A DNA stretch of 64,000 bases. Source: Candidatus Wirthbacteria bacterium (lineage in GTDB: Bacteria; Patescibacteriota; CG2-30-54-11). The notes under the pieces were generated by a model that worked only from the letters and a program-made list of their open reading frames with translations, had not been told where the DNA came from and searched no databases. Below are positions 16,814-26,927 of the stretch, one piece after another; position 1 is the first letter of the stretch; each line of letters begins with the position of its first letter. The stretch lies in the NCBI GenBank assembly GCA_903889905.1, contig CAISZI010000008.1:40766-104765 (forward strand). The letters run 5' to 3'. Made by a program: the position numbers and the translations under genes.

Positions 16814-19753
16814 TTAGTTCATCTTCCCCATCTCCCCCCAGTTCCTCCCCACCTCAACATCAACCTTAAGTGGAACAGACATCTCAAATGCCTGTTCCAT
16901 TTTTTGTCTCACCAGTTCCGCGACAGTGGCAAGCTCGTCGGTTGGGCACTCCAGTACCACTTCGTCGTGGACTTGTAAAATGAGTTTAGACTCGAACTTT
17001 TGGTTCCGCAGAGCCGCAAAAATCTCGATCATGGCGATTTTGACAATGTCAGCGGCGGTGCCCTGAATCGGCATATTGATCGCTTCACGCTGAGCGGCGA
17101 GCTGCAGCGGAACCGACGGGCTGTGAATCTCTGGAATCTGGCGGATACGGCCCAACAGCGTGCTGACATAACCTTTGGTACGGGCTTCGATTTTGATCTT
17201 TTCAAGGAATACCGACACGTCGGGAAAGCTGCTGAAGAAATTCTGGATAAACATCTCCGCTTCCTCGCTCGAGATCGCAAGCTGCCGCGACAGGCCGTAT
17301 TTGGACTGGCCGTAGATGACGCCGAAGTTGACGGTTTTGGCAATACCCCGCTGCTTTTTGGTCACCTGGTCAAGGGATACGTTAAAGATATTGGCAGCCG
17401 TTGCAGTGTGAAAATCACGGCCGGAATTAAAAGCATCGATCAGTTTCTGGTCGCCTGACATGTGCGCCAGAATGCGGAATTCCATCTGGCTGTAGTCAGC
17501 GGCCAAAAGCTGACAGCCATCACGGGCGATGAAAGCTTTGCGGATTTCATTGCCGAGCTCGGTGCGGATCGGGATATTCTGCAAATTCGGATTGGTCGAG
17601 GACAGGCGGCCAGTAGACGTGATGAACTGGTTGTACGAAGTATGCACACGTTGCTCCGGCCCCTGCGCCAGTGGCGGCAAGGCTTCGGCATAGGTAGATC
17701 GCAATTTGGCCAGTTCACGGTACTGCAAAATGTATTCGATCACGACATGTTCGCCACGGATTTTTTCCAGACTGTCAGCGTCCGTGGAGTAACCAGTTTT
17801 GATCTTTTTGGTCTTGCGAATACCCAAATCCTGGAAAAGTAATTTAGCGAGTTGCTGAGTGGAATTGACATTAAAATTGTAGCCCGCAACATTGATCATC
17901 TGGTTTTCCAGCACTTTCATGTCATCCTGGAGCCGCAACGAAAATTTTTCCAACATCCTGATGTCGAGTTTGACCCCGACAAATTCCATGTCTACCAGCA
18001 CTTCGATCAGTGGCATCTCGAGGCCAAAAAAAACCTTTTCCATGTCGGTGTCAGCATGCGTCTCGGCAACACGTAAACTCACGTCTTTGAGCCGATCGCG
18101 AAACAGGTTATAGAGACGGTAAGTCATCACAGCGTCGGCCGCTGCATAGTTCGTGGCTTCCAGGTAAGGCACAAGGTCAAATGTCCGTTGGTCTTTGCCT
18201 TTTTTGCCAATCAATTCGTCAATTTCCTGCATGCGGACGCCAAGCTCAGTAAACGCCAGGTCCTTGAGGCCGTAATTGCGCAATCCGGGATGAAGGACAT
18301 AGGCCGCGAGCAACGTGTCAAAGTAGTAACCCTTGAGCTCGATGCCAGCCACCCGCAGGATGAGCGCATCAAATTTGAGGTGATGGCCGATTTTGCGGAT
18401 TACGGGATTTTCCAGAACAGGTTTGACGATGGCCAGCGCCTGCTCAAGATCAATCAAACTGCAATCAAAGTGCCGTAGTGGCAGATAATACCCGGCCCCA
18501 GCTTCCACCGCAAAAGACATTCCCACCATTTGGGCAGAATAAGGATCGAGAGAGGTCGTTTCGGTGTCAAGACTGATTTCACCTGCCTGTTCCGCACGCG
18601 CCATAAGCGCCTTGAGTTTGGCCAGGCTGTCGATGCATGTCAGCGCCACATCGCTCAGCGAGGTGCTGATCGGCGGCGTTTTGGTTTCAGGAAGTGCCAT
18701 CAACGGTGGCCCGGCGCCTTCGCCAACCGTCGGCGGCAGGTCAAACAGAGAAGCCTGCACACCAGTCGTGGCAATGGTGCCAAGTGTTGACTTGATCACA
18801 GCTTGAACTTCGGCTTTTGGTGCTGGCTGGGACACAGGTGAAACGACCGGTGCGACAGAAACAGATGGCTGATGACCGGGCAGCAATTTGATCAGACTCG
18901 AAAACTCCATTTCCTTGAGCGTTTGCAGGGCTTTTTGCTCGTCATAGTCATGCGTTCGGGCAGCTTCCAGGTCAAGTGTGATCGGCACATTGCGCACAAT
19001 CGTGGCCAGGTGCTTGCTAAGGTATGCCTGCTCCTTCTGCGTCCGCAGCAATTCCTGAATCCGCACTTTGGTCAGTGCCGCATTGCCCGTCTCAACCGCT
19101 TCGTAAATTTGTTCCAGATGACCATAGGCCAGGATCAATTCCGTCGCCGTTTTCTCGCCAATGCCACGCACACCGGGGATGTTGTCGGAACTGTCGCCCC
19201 GCAAAGCTTTATAATCCACCAAAAAATCCGGGCCAAAACCGTACTTGGCTTTGACACCGGCGCTGTCATAAATCGTATCACTCCCGGCGCTGCCGCGGGA
19301 GGCAATCACATGCACGCGACTGTCGACAAGTTGCAACGAATCGTTGTCACCGGTGACGATATACACATCAACGTCCGGTGTTTGGTCTTCGGCCATTTTG
19401 GACAGCGTCCCGATCACATCATCGGCTTCAAAACCGGACTTCTCGATCATCGGGATATTAAATGCCGCCACGATGTCTTTGATCCGGTCGAGCTGGTGCT
19501 TGAGCGACGCGTCTGTCTCGGGCCGATGTGCCTTGTACGGCGCATACTGCGTGTGGCGAAACGTCGGGCCTTTGAAGTCATAGGCGACGATCGAATATTC
19601 GGGCTGGTATTTTTTGAGGATATTGAGCAGAATCAAGGCAAAACCATACACCGCGTTCAGGCTTTCGCCTTTGGAATTGCTCAAGGGTGGAATGGCGTGA
19701 AAAGCGCGGTGGGCAATGCTGTGACCGTCGAAGAGGAAAAGGGATTTGGGCAT
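16814..19753 (-). CDS. polA: DNA polymerase I (5'-3' exonuclease, 3'-5' exonuclease and polymerase domains)
   Basis: 979 aa. N-terminal ...FRHTQYAPYKAHR... (5' nuclease), then ...ISLDTETTSLD... (3'-5' exo motif I), then ...RRQAKTVNFGVIYG... and ...QVHDEVVLE... (pol motifs B and C). Confidence 0.95.
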   Translation of the reverse strand: MPKSLFLFDGHSIAHRAFHAIPPLSNSKGESLNAVYGFALILLNILKKYQPEYSIVAYDFKGPTFRHTQYAPYKAHRPETDASLKHQLDRIKDIVAAFNIPMIEKSGFEADDVIGTLSKMAEDQTPDVDVYIVTGDNDSLQLVDSRVHVIASRGSAGSDTIYDSAGVKAKYGFGPDFLVDYKALRGDSSDNIPGVRGIGEKTATELILAYGHLEQIYEAVETGNAALTKVRIQELLRTQKEQAYLSKHLATIVRNVPITLDLEAARTHDYDEQKALQTLKEMEFSSLIKLLPGHQPSVSVAPVVSPVSQPAPKAEVQAVIKSTLGTIATTGVQASLFDLPPTVGEGAGPPLMALPETKTPPISTSLSDVALTCIDSLAKLKALMARAEQAGEISLDTETTSLDPYSAQMVGMSFAVEAGAGYYLPLRHFDCSLIDLEQALAIVKPVLENPVIRKIGHHLKFDALILRVAGIELKGYYFDTLLAAYVLHPGLRNYGLKDLAFTELGVRMQEIDELIGKKGKDQRTFDLVPYLEATNYAAADAVMTYRLYNLFRDRLKDVSLRVAETHADTDMEKVFFGLEMPLIEVLVDMEFVGVKLDIRMLEKFSLRLQDDMKVLENQMINVAGYNFNVNSTQQLAKLLFQDLGIRKTKKIKTGYSTDADSLEKIRGEHVVIEYILQYRELAKLRSTYAEALPPLAQGPEQRVHTSYNQFITSTGRLSSTNPNLQNIPIRTELGNEIRKAFIARDGCQLLAADYSQMEFRILAHMSGDQKLIDAFNSGRDFHTATAANIFNVSLDQVTKKQRGIAKTVNFGVIYGQSKYGLSRQLAISSEEAEMFIQNFFSSFPDVSVFLEKIKIEARTKGYVSTLLGRIRQIPEIHSPSVPLQLAAQREAINMPIQGTAADIVKIAMIEIFAALRNQKFESKLILQVHDEVVLECPTDELATVAELVRQKMEQAFEMSVPLKVDVEVGRNWGEMGKMN
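16824..16906 (+). repeat. copy 3 of the repeat. It overlaps the last ~13 codons of polA and carries the terminator.
   Basis: TTCCCCATCTCCCCCCAGTTCCTCCCCACCTCAACATCAACCTTAAGTGGAACAGACATCTCAAATGCCTGTTCCATTTTTTG. Confidence 0.7.
16870..16906 (+). terminator. hairpin plus T-run terminator after the 15913..16758 gene (it is also copy 3 of the polA-3' repeat)
   Basis: GTGGAACAGACATCTCAAATGCCTGTTCCATTTTTTG. Confidence 0.6.
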
Positions 19754-19774
19754 GATAAGTCAATCAAATGCAGC

Positions 19775-21712
19775 TTAAGCACTTGCCGTTTTTACCGGGT
19801 CAGCTGGATCTGTTTGCACTGTGTCCTTGACTGGAGGCAATTTTGCTTCTTCCTTTTTTTTGGGGATGTCCGCAAAAAATTCCTCGAATTGTTTGCCATC
19901 CAGAATTTCCTTGTCCAGCAACGCAACCGCAATAGTATCCAGGCGTTTACGTTCCTGATGGATAATCGCCAAAGCTTTGTTGTAACAGTCTTTCATGATT
20001 TTGCGCACTTCGACGTCAATCTCTTTGGCCACTTCTTCGCTGTAGTCGCGCTGGGTCATCAGATCCTTACCCAGGAAAACTTCCTGGTGGTCAGAACCAT
20101 AGGTTTGGGCACCCAATTTGTCGCTCATACCGAATTCTGTGACCATTTTACGGGCCAGGCTGGTGGCACGTTTGAGGTCATCACTAGCACCCGTCGAGAC
20201 GTCTTCAAAGACAACACTTTCGGTGGCGTGTCCAGCCAGCACCGCAGCGATCAAATCCAGGAATTGCAATTTGGTCCAGTTGCCACGGTCTTCTTCGGGC
20301 AAAAAGCGGGTGTAACCACCGGCCATGCCACGCGCAATGATTGAAATTTTGTGTACCGGATCGGCGTGTGGCAGCATGCGGGCGACCAGGGCGTGTCCAG
20401 ATTCATGATAAGCCGTTAACTTTTTCTGGCGCTCGGTGACCAGTTTGGATTTGCGTTCCGGGCCGGCCAGGACGCGATCAATCGCTTCTTCGATTTCGGA
20501 TTTACCAACTTCTTTTTTGTTGCGACGGGCGGTCAGGATGGCGGCTTCATTCATGACATTTTCAAGGTCAGCGCCACTAAAACCGCTGGTTTGCTTGGCA
20601 ACGACTTCAAGGTTGACATCAGGACCCATGGGTTTGCCACGGGCATGAATGCGCAAAATCGCTTCACGGCCACGCATATCGGCGCGGTCTACCAGCACCT
20701 GCCGGTCAAAGCGGCCAGGACGCAGCAAGGCCGGATCGAGCACGTCGGGCCGGTTAGTGGCCGCCATGACAATCACGTTGGTATTGTTGTCAAAACCATC
20801 CATCTCAACCAGAATCTGGTTCAGAGTTTGCTCACGTTCATCGTGTCCGCCGCCCAAGCCAGCGCCACGATGGCGACCGACCGCGTCCAGTTCGTCAACA
20901 AAGACGATACAGGGCGAACTTTTCTTGGCAGTTTCAAACAGGTCACGCACACGGGAGGCACCCACGCCCACAAACATTTCAACAAATTCAGAACCACTGA
21001 TCGAGAAAAACGGCACGCGTGCTTCGCCGGCAACGGCACGGGCAAGCAATGTTTTACCTGTACCCGGCGGTCCGACGAGCAACACACCTTTGGGAATGCG
21101 GGCACCCAGGCTGGTGAATTTCTTGGGATTTTTCAAAAATTCGACAATTTCCTTCAGCTCTTCCTTGGCTTCTTCAAGCGCGGCAACATCGTCAAAAGTG
21201 GTCACTTTCTTTTTGGGTGCGCCATCTTTGCCTTCCTCAGCGCCTTCTTCCTGGAACAGCTTGGCTTTGCTGCGGCCAAACGAGAACGCGCCACCCTGAC
21301 CGCCACCGCCCGAAGCCTGACGCATCATGAAAAGGAAAAAGCCAATAATCAGGACTGACGGCAAAAACGCCGTGAGCAGATCCATAATCACGGTGCTTAC
21401 CTGATTGTTTTTGACCGTGACACCCGCTTTACCCAAATCCACCTGCTGCCCCGAAAGCAGCGTCATGAAATCGGTCGTGCTGGTGACATTGGTCTGGACA
21501 GCCTGACTCCCTTCTTTGAGTGTGGCTTTGACCGTGGTGCCATCAATGATGACCTCCGTGGTGCTGCCCGCTTTGATGTCAGCAATCATTTCACTGACGC
21601 TGATCGTTTTGACCGAGCTCGAAGGTGGAGTAATCACGGCATAGAGGAAGACAACAGCGATCACGGTCAGGATAATCAACCCCAAGTTATTGCGAAGCCA
21701 TTTACGCGACAT
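19775..21712 (-). CDS. ftsH: ATP-dependent zinc metalloprotease FtsH
   Basis: Two N-terminal TM helices, AAA+ motifs GPPGTGKT and DELDAV, second region of homology, and HESGHAL zinc-binding HEXXH. Only 21 nt upstream of polA, so probably co-transcribed. Confidence 0.95.
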   Translation of the reverse strand: MSRKWLRNNLGLIILTVIAVVFLYAVITPPSSSVKTISVSEMIADIKAGSTTEVIIDGTTVKATLKEGSQAVQTNVTSTTDFMTLLSGQQVDLGKAGVTVKNNQVSTVIMDLLTAFLPSVLIIGFFLFMMRQASGGGGQGGAFSFGRSKAKLFQEEGAEEGKDGAPKKKVTTFDDVAALEEAKEELKEIVEFLKNPKKFTSLGARIPKGVLLVGPPGTGKTLLARAVAGEARVPFFSISGSEFVEMFVGVGASRVRDLFETAKKSSPCIVFVDELDAVGRHRGAGLGGGHDEREQTLNQILVEMDGFDNNTNVIVMAATNRPDVLDPALLRPGRFDRQVLVDRADMRGREAILRIHARGKPMGPDVNLEVVAKQTSGFSGADLENVMNEAAILTARRNKKEVGKSEIEEAIDRVLAGPERKSKLVTERQKKLTAYHESGHALVARMLPHADPVHKISIIARGMAGGYTRFLPEEDRGNWTKLQFLDLIAAVLAGHATESVVFEDVSTGASDDLKRATSLARKMVTEFGMSDKLGAQTYGSDHQEVFLGKDLMTQRDYSEEVAKEIDVEVRKIMKDCYNKALAIIHQERKRLDTIAVALLDKEILDGKQFEEFFADIPKKKEEAKLPPVKDTVQTDPADPVKTASA

Positions 21713-21735
21713 GACAAGTTCCTTCCATCAATTTG

Positions 21736-21787
21736 TTGCTTAAATAACAGGAAAACCTGCGTCGACATTGTACGTCATTCGCAGGTT
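21736..21787 (-). terminator. putative terminator between rpsA and ftsH
   Basis: Minus strand: AACCTGCG-(19-nt loop)-CGCAGGTT, then TTCCTGTTATTT. Weak T-run. Confidence 0.35.
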
Positions 21788-21814
21788 CCCTGAAAGCATC
21801 ACTTGGTAACACAT

Positions 21815-23398
21815 TTAGGTGTGGTTCTCAGCCGCTTTTTTGATCTTGTCGGCAGAGGCCATGCGGATGCCGGGAATAAGGGAAAGTTCTGCAACCGACG
21901 AGCTGGCAACTTTGACAATGGAATTGTAACCAGCGTCAAACAGTTTGCCGGCAACCACTTCACCCACGCCATCGAGCAGCATCAATTCCTTGATCGCGGT
22001 TTGCTTGTCTTCGTCGCTGGGCTTGGCTTTTTCTGGAATTGCGGCTTTGGCTTTGGGCTTGGGAGCTTCTTCAGCTTTCACTTCGGCAACGACTGGTTCC
22101 ACAGCTTTGACAACAGGTTCGGCTGCGACAGCGGCTACGGGAGCAGCTGCTTTGGCTTCCACAGGAGTTTCGGCTTTGGCGTCGACGGGTTTGTCCTTGG
22201 CTTCGTCTTTGTCCTCGGATTCCGGGAACAAATCCGGATTGGCTTGCCTGTAGCTCAGGCCCAGGCGTTGATTGTCACGATCGAGCAGGATGATTTTAAA
22301 CTTGGCTTCCTGGCCTTCTTGCAAAACATCAGCGGGATCTTTGACATGGAACGGAGAAAGTTCGGAGATATGAACCAGACCATCGAATCCGGCTTCGAGC
22401 TGCACGAATGCGCCGTAATCCACGATCTTGGTCACAATGCCCTTGATCACCTGGCCCATTTGATACTTGGACGAAAGTTTGATCCAGGGATTGTCGCTGA
22501 GCTGTTTCATGCTGAGCGAGACGCGACGGCCGCCTTCATCGATACCAATGACTTTGACTTCCACGGTCTGGCCAACTTTGACAATGTCGCCAGGGTGGTT
22601 GACACGATCCCAGGACATTTCGGAAATATGTACGAGGCCGCTCGCTTTACCCAAATCGACAAACACACCAAAGTCCTTGATGGCGACCACTTTGCCACTC
22701 ACGCCATCGCCCACCTTGAAGTCCAGATCTTCCAGGGGTTCGAAACCCTTGGTACGCTGCAGGAGCACGCGTTCAGAGAGGATCAAACGATTGGTACCAC
22801 GTTCGTATTCAATAATCTGGGTGTCAAAACCCTGACCAATGAACTGCGTCAGATACGCAATCGCGGCATCTGCAAAACCGGGGCCTTTCTGGATGTTGCT
22901 GGGGTAATGCGTGGGGCCAAGCTGTGAAATTGGCACAAAACCCTGCAGACCTTCAGCGTTGACGATCAGGCCGCCCTTGTTGGGTTGGACAATCGTCACC
23001 TTGACCGGAGATTTGTCCTCGAAACGGTCTTTCATTTCACGCCATTTGCGTTCGGCGCGGGCACGGCGGATCGAGAGGATCGCACGGCCTTCTTCGTCTT
23101 CGGGGATAAGCACAATGGCGAGGATTTTGCCACCAATGGAGATGTCATCATCCATGGAAGAATCCACGAGCTCCTTGCCCTGGACAATACCTTCTGCTTT
23201 ACCGCCGAAATCAACCAGGGCTTCCCCTTTGTTCATCCCGACGACCACCCCTTCGATCACCTCACCGACATCGGGTGTTTGGGTGGTTTTGGTTTGCTGC
23301 AACAGGTCAGCAAATACCTTATAGCTAGCTTCACTGGCTTTGAGGCCAGCGCCAGCCTTGGCAACTGATAGAGACATAACACTATCCTCCTTGTTCAC
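21815..23398 (-). CDS. rpsA: 30S ribosomal protein S1 (four S1 domains) with a C-terminal helix-hairpin-helix domain
   Basis: Repeated S1 signatures (...GKVVAIKDFGVFVDLG...HISE...; ...GIVTKIVDYGAFVQLE...HISE...). An Ala/Lys/Pro-rich linker is followed by LLDGVGEVVAGKLFDAGYNSI (HhH). The start could be the second Met. Confidence 0.85.
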   Translation of the reverse strand: MNKEDSVMSLSVAKAGAGLKASEASYKVFADLLQQTKTTQTPDVGEVIEGVVVGMNKGEALVDFGGKAEGIVQGKELVDSSMDDDISIGGKILAIVLIPEDEEGRAILSIRRARAERKWREMKDRFEDKSPVKVTIVQPNKGGLIVNAEGLQGFVPISQLGPTHYPSNIQKGPGFADAAIAYLTQFIGQGFDTQIIEYERGTNRLILSERVLLQRTKGFEPLEDLDFKVGDGVSGKVVAIKDFGVFVDLGKASGLVHISEMSWDRVNHPGDIVKVGQTVEVKVIGIDEGGRRVSLSMKQLSDNPWIKLSSKYQMGQVIKGIVTKIVDYGAFVQLEAGFDGLVHISELSPFHVKDPADVLQEGQEAKFKIILLDRDNQRLGLSYRQANPDLFPESEDKDEAKDKPVDAKAETPVEAKAAAPVAAVAAEPVVKAVEPVVAEVKAEEAPKPKAKAAIPEKAKPSDEDKQTAIKELMLLDGVGEVVAGKLFDAGYNSIVKVASSSVAELSLIPGIRMASADKIKKAAENHT

Positions 23399-23441
23399 AA
23401 GATGCGAAGAGTATAACTGGTAATATCCAACTTGTGAAGAG

Positions 23442-24062
23442 CTATTCCCAAATCACAGCGTTACCGATCAGTTGTAAAAATGTCCAATCCACATCATCGT
23501 AGACAATATGGCTAAAATCCATTCCAGGCCTCAACTTCAATAGAAACGTTGAATTTCCGCGGGAATCACGCGCACTGACACTACCGACAATCAGTTGTTC
23601 TCCCATTCTTTCTACCAAGTTCAGAGCCAACACCCACGTAATTTTCATATAATTTTCCCAAACCCGGCCATCCGAGTGTCCATGCGACTGATCCAAAGAT
23701 TCCACCATGGCATCGACTTCAGGAACTAAATGAATCGCTTGATTCCGTCTCAGGGATGCAACAATCGGGTATAGCTGAGCTCCAACATATCTCAAAAAAT
23801 CTATCATTACCGCTTTTTCCAAATGACTTCCTTCTTGCTTATTCCCAAACAGGACATCAAACCATTCCCGCATTTCTCGGCCAGAAAAATAGCGTAAATC
23901 AGACGTTGCATCACTCTCCTCTAAAAACAATTCGTCAGCATGACTACGCTGCCGTGCAACCTCGAGCAAAGCAGGGTCATTAAGCAAAAGTTTTAGGATG
24001 CCTTGAGTCTGATCACATTCGGCAACAATCTCAGCGGCGGCCTGTTCAAAAAAAGTCGGCAT
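23442..24062 (-). CDS. hypothetical protein
   Basis: 206 aa ORF between rpsA and the divergently transcribed prmA. No recognisable family. Confidence 0.5.
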   Translation of the reverse strand: MPTFFEQAAAEIVAECDQTQGILKLLLNDPALLEVARQRSHADELFLEESDATSDLRYFSGREMREWFDVLFGNKQEGSHLEKAVMIDFLRYVGAQLYPIVASLRRNQAIHLVPEVDAMVESLDQSHGHSDGRVWENYMKITWVLALNLVERMGEQLIVGSVSARDSRGNSTFLLKLRPGMDFSHIVYDDVDWTFLQLIGNAVIWE

Positions 24063-24144
24063 TAGACATCCATTAGACTCAACATTATAATTTCAATCAG
24101 GTTTTCCAGTATACCATCAATTTCGTATCAATAAAGGCACCAAC

Positions 24145-25038
24145 ATGGACCCGATCCGCTGGACCCAAGTCACTCTCCAGGCCGAAATCGAGGGCGTGGA
24201 AACGATCAAAGCCATTCTGCTCCGCCGTGGTTTTGGCGAAGTCTTAGTCACACGGACCTTCAACGAACAAGGCATGCGCTGGTTCGAAGCACAAACTTTT
24301 TTTGTGCAGGATGATGGCCAGAAAGAACACAGGCAAAAGCTGGAAGAAGATCTCTGGCACTTGCGCGCTTTCAACCTTTGTGCCATTTCTGAGCTCCAAA
24401 CCGAAACCGTACTTACCTTACCCGACCGCGATCAACGTCAGTATCTGAGCGACGTTTGCTATGTCACTGACAAAGTAGCCGTGATTGCCGCCGACTACCA
24501 TGGCAAATTGCCGGCGATCAAAATCCCGATTTTCCAGCACCTCAGCGATGCTTTTGGCACGGGATTACATCCTTCGACAGTACTTGCCATGCTGGCGCTG
24601 GAAAAGCACCTGGAATTAGGCCAGACCGTCATGGATGTCGGCACCGGCACAGGTATTCTCGCCTTTGCGGCGGCCAAAATGGGCGCAAGCCAGGTGGACG
24701 CGATTGACCTTAGCCCCGAAGCGATTGCCGAAGCCAAACGCAACCTGACACTCAATTGCACCTTAGCGGTCCCGCTGGATATCCGTTTTTGGCGTGCCAC
24801 AGCCGCTGAATTGGTCGGCCAATACGATCTGGTGGTGGCCAATATCCCCTTTCCCAGTCTGATGCGTAGTGCCAACCACCTGACCAAAGCAGTACTCCCC
24901 CAGGGAAAACTGATCCTAAGTGGCTTCCTGGCACAGGAAAAAATTGAGATCACAAATACCTATCAGGCATTCAGCCTTGAAAAAATTGACGAAATAGACG
25001 ATAATCAATGGATAACGCAGATTTTCATCAAGCGTTGA
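24145..25038 (+). CDS. prmA: ribosomal protein L11 methyltransferase PrmA
   Basis: ...GTGLHPST... (PrmA motif) and LDVGTGTGILAFAAAKMGA (SAM motif I). Length and layout fit PrmA. Confidence 0.85.
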   Translation: MDPIRWTQVTLQAEIEGVETIKAILLRRGFGEVLVTRTFNEQGMRWFEAQTFFVQDDGQKEHRQKLEEDLWHLRAFNLCAISELQTETVLTLPDRDQRQYLSDVCYVTDKVAVIAADYHGKLPAIKIPIFQHLSDAFGTGLHPSTVLAMLALEKHLELGQTVMDVGTGTGILAFAAAKMGASQVDAIDLSPEAIAEAKRNLTLNCTLAVPLDIRFWRATAAELVGQYDLVVANIPFPSLMRSANHLTKAVLPQGKLILSGFLAQEKIEITNTYQAFSLEKIDEIDDNQWITQIFIKR

Positions 25039-25077
25039 TCACCCCAAACACAAACCAAAATTAGGAGCAGCGACAAA

Positions 25078-26865
25078 GTGGTCGCCAAAAACAAAAGTCT
25101 GGAAGAAACGCTACTTGGCCTGGGCATCATCACGCCTGAGCAGATGGCGGAAATACGCAAAAAAATGGCCGTGGAAAACAAAACTGCGCGCCAGGTGATT
25201 TTGGCGATGAATTTGACCAACGAAGAAATCCTGGCCAAAACCGAAGCCATTTTACTCGACGTACCCTTTATTAATCTCGAAAAAGCCAAAATTCCGCTTG
25301 AAATTCTGAAGCTGATTCCTGAACGAATCTCCAAAACCTACGACACCGTGGCCTTTTTCAAAGGTGACGACAATACACTCAAAGTCGCGATGAGCAACCC
25401 CGCCGACTTTCAGGCGATTGAATTCCTGGAAAAGAAAATTGGCATGGTGATTGAGCCCTACATGGCGCTGCCTGAGCACATTCATGTCATCCAGAGTGAA
25501 TATCATGCCCTCGGCAGCGAAGTCAGCAAGGCGCTCGCCGATGTTGAAGAAACCGCTGTCGACATTACAGCGACGACCGCGACCAGTGCTTCTGAAGCCG
25601 AAGCCACGGGCATGACCGATGACATTGGGGACGCTCCTGTCGCCCGTGTCGTCAATACGATCTTGGAATTTGCCATCAAAAACAAAGCCTCTGACATCCA
25701 TATTGAAGCGCTTGAAAACAAAACCCGCGTCCGTTACCGCGTTGACGGCATTATGAGCGAAGCCCTGACCTTGCCCAAGCAGGTCCACCCGGCCGTCGTT
25801 TCCCGCATCAAAATCATGTCCCGCCTCAAAATTGACGAAAAACGCGTCCCGCAGGACGGTCGTTTCCGCGTCACCATCCATGGCAAAGACAATGACCTGC
25901 GTGTCTCGACCCTGCCAACCATTTTTGGTGAAAAAATCGTCATGCGCGTCCTGGACCGCTCGACATCGGCGCCTACCCTGGAACAGCTGGGCTACCGCGG
26001 TCAGGCGCTCAAGACGATTGAGGAAAACATCAAACGGCCACACGGCTTGATTCTCACCACTGGCCCTACCGGCAGCGGTAAATCAACTTCGCTGTTTTCC
26101 GTGCTGACCCAACTCAATACCGGACTCGTCAATACCATTACACTCGAAGACCCGGTTGAATACTGGATCTCGGGGGTAAACCAGGTACAGATCAACGTCC
26201 AGGCTGGACTAACCTTTGCGGCTGGCCTCCGCGCCGTCCTGCGTCAGGACCCCAACATCATCATGGTTGGAGAAATTCGCGACCAGGAAACAGCCGAAAT
26301 GGCCATTCATGCGGCGCTTACCGGTCACCTGGTCGTTTCAACCTTGCACACCAACAGTGCGGCCGGCGCCATTCCCCGCTTTCTGGACATGGGTGTCGAA
26401 CCATTCCTGCTCGCGTCCTCGCTCAAAGTGGTCATTGGTCAGCGTCTCTGCCGCAAAATCTGCCCGGACTGCCTGGAAAGCTATGAAGCCAGCAAAGAAC
26501 TCGAAAAAACCGTGCGCACGGTGCTGCCGGAATTATTTGATCTCAAACATCCCATCCACGACGACATTTTTAAATGGTATCCCAAAATTCCCAAAGACAT
26601 TGGCAAAAAATCGATCTCACTCGTCCGTGGTACGGGTTGTGACACCTGTAACCACATTGGCTACCAGGGCCGGCTGGGTGTTTACGAAGTCATGGAAATT
26701 ACCGATTCGATGGCCCAGCTCGCGCTCAAGAATGTCTCGGAATTCGATTTGCTGGACCATGCCAAAAAAGAAACCCACATGCTCACCCTGCAGCAGGATT
26801 CCTACCTCAAGGCGCTCGAGGGTAAAACCACGCTCGAGGAAGCCATGCGCGTTGCCCAGAACTAG
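25078..26865 (+). CDS. pilB: type IV pilus assembly ATPase PilB (GspE family)
   Basis: N-terminal T2SSE_N-like domain, Walker A GPTGSGKST, Asp box, Walker B ...IMVGEIRD, His box, and a tetracysteine CPDC...CDTC motif. Confidence 0.95.
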   Translation: MVAKNKSLEETLLGLGIITPEQMAEIRKKMAVENKTARQVILAMNLTNEEILAKTEAILLDVPFINLEKAKIPLEILKLIPERISKTYDTVAFFKGDDNTLKVAMSNPADFQAIEFLEKKIGMVIEPYMALPEHIHVIQSEYHALGSEVSKALADVEETAVDITATTATSASEAEATGMTDDIGDAPVARVVNTILEFAIKNKASDIHIEALENKTRVRYRVDGIMSEALTLPKQVHPAVVSRIKIMSRLKIDEKRVPQDGRFRVTIHGKDNDLRVSTLPTIFGEKIVMRVLDRSTSAPTLEQLGYRGQALKTIEENIKRPHGLILTTGPTGSGKSTSLFSVLTQLNTGLVNTITLEDPVEYWISGVNQVQINVQAGLTFAAGLRAVLRQDPNIIMVGEIRDQETAEMAIHAALTGHLVVSTLHTNSAAGAIPRFLDMGVEPFLLASSLKVVIGQRLCRKICPDCLESYEASKELEKTVRTVLPELFDLKHPIHDDIFKWYPKIPKDIGKKSISLVRGTGCDTCNHIGYQGRLGVYEVMEITDSMAQLALKNVSEFDLLDHAKKETHMLTLQQDSYLKALEGKTTLEEAMRVAQN

Positions 26866-26927
26866 TGTTGTGGGACACCAAAAAATAGTATAATTACAAT
26901 TGGTTAACTAAAAGTTCGGAAAACAAA

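Noticed and set aside
16700-16978. ORFs 14756..14956 and 16700..16978, which share the peptide ...LPHLPP(I/V)PPHLNINLKWN.H.KCLFH....
   Set aside because: The shared peptide is just the translation of the repeated polA-3'-derived DNA element. Conservation is at nucleotide level (about 90%), so it gives no evidence of coding.
18872-20344. Long plus-strand ORFs antisense to the minus-strand genes. Examples: 490 aa at 18872..20344, 374 aa at 21803..22927, 381 aa at 12206..13351, 263 aa at 25252..26043 (minus, opposite pilB), 258 aa at 27366..28142, 348 aa at 30041..31087, and 277 aa at 47729..48562.
   Set aside because: Each lies wholly inside a well-supported conserved gene on the opposite strand, has a low-complexity or odd composition (His/Arg/Phe-rich) and matches no family. 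They are GC-rich antisense shadow ORFs.
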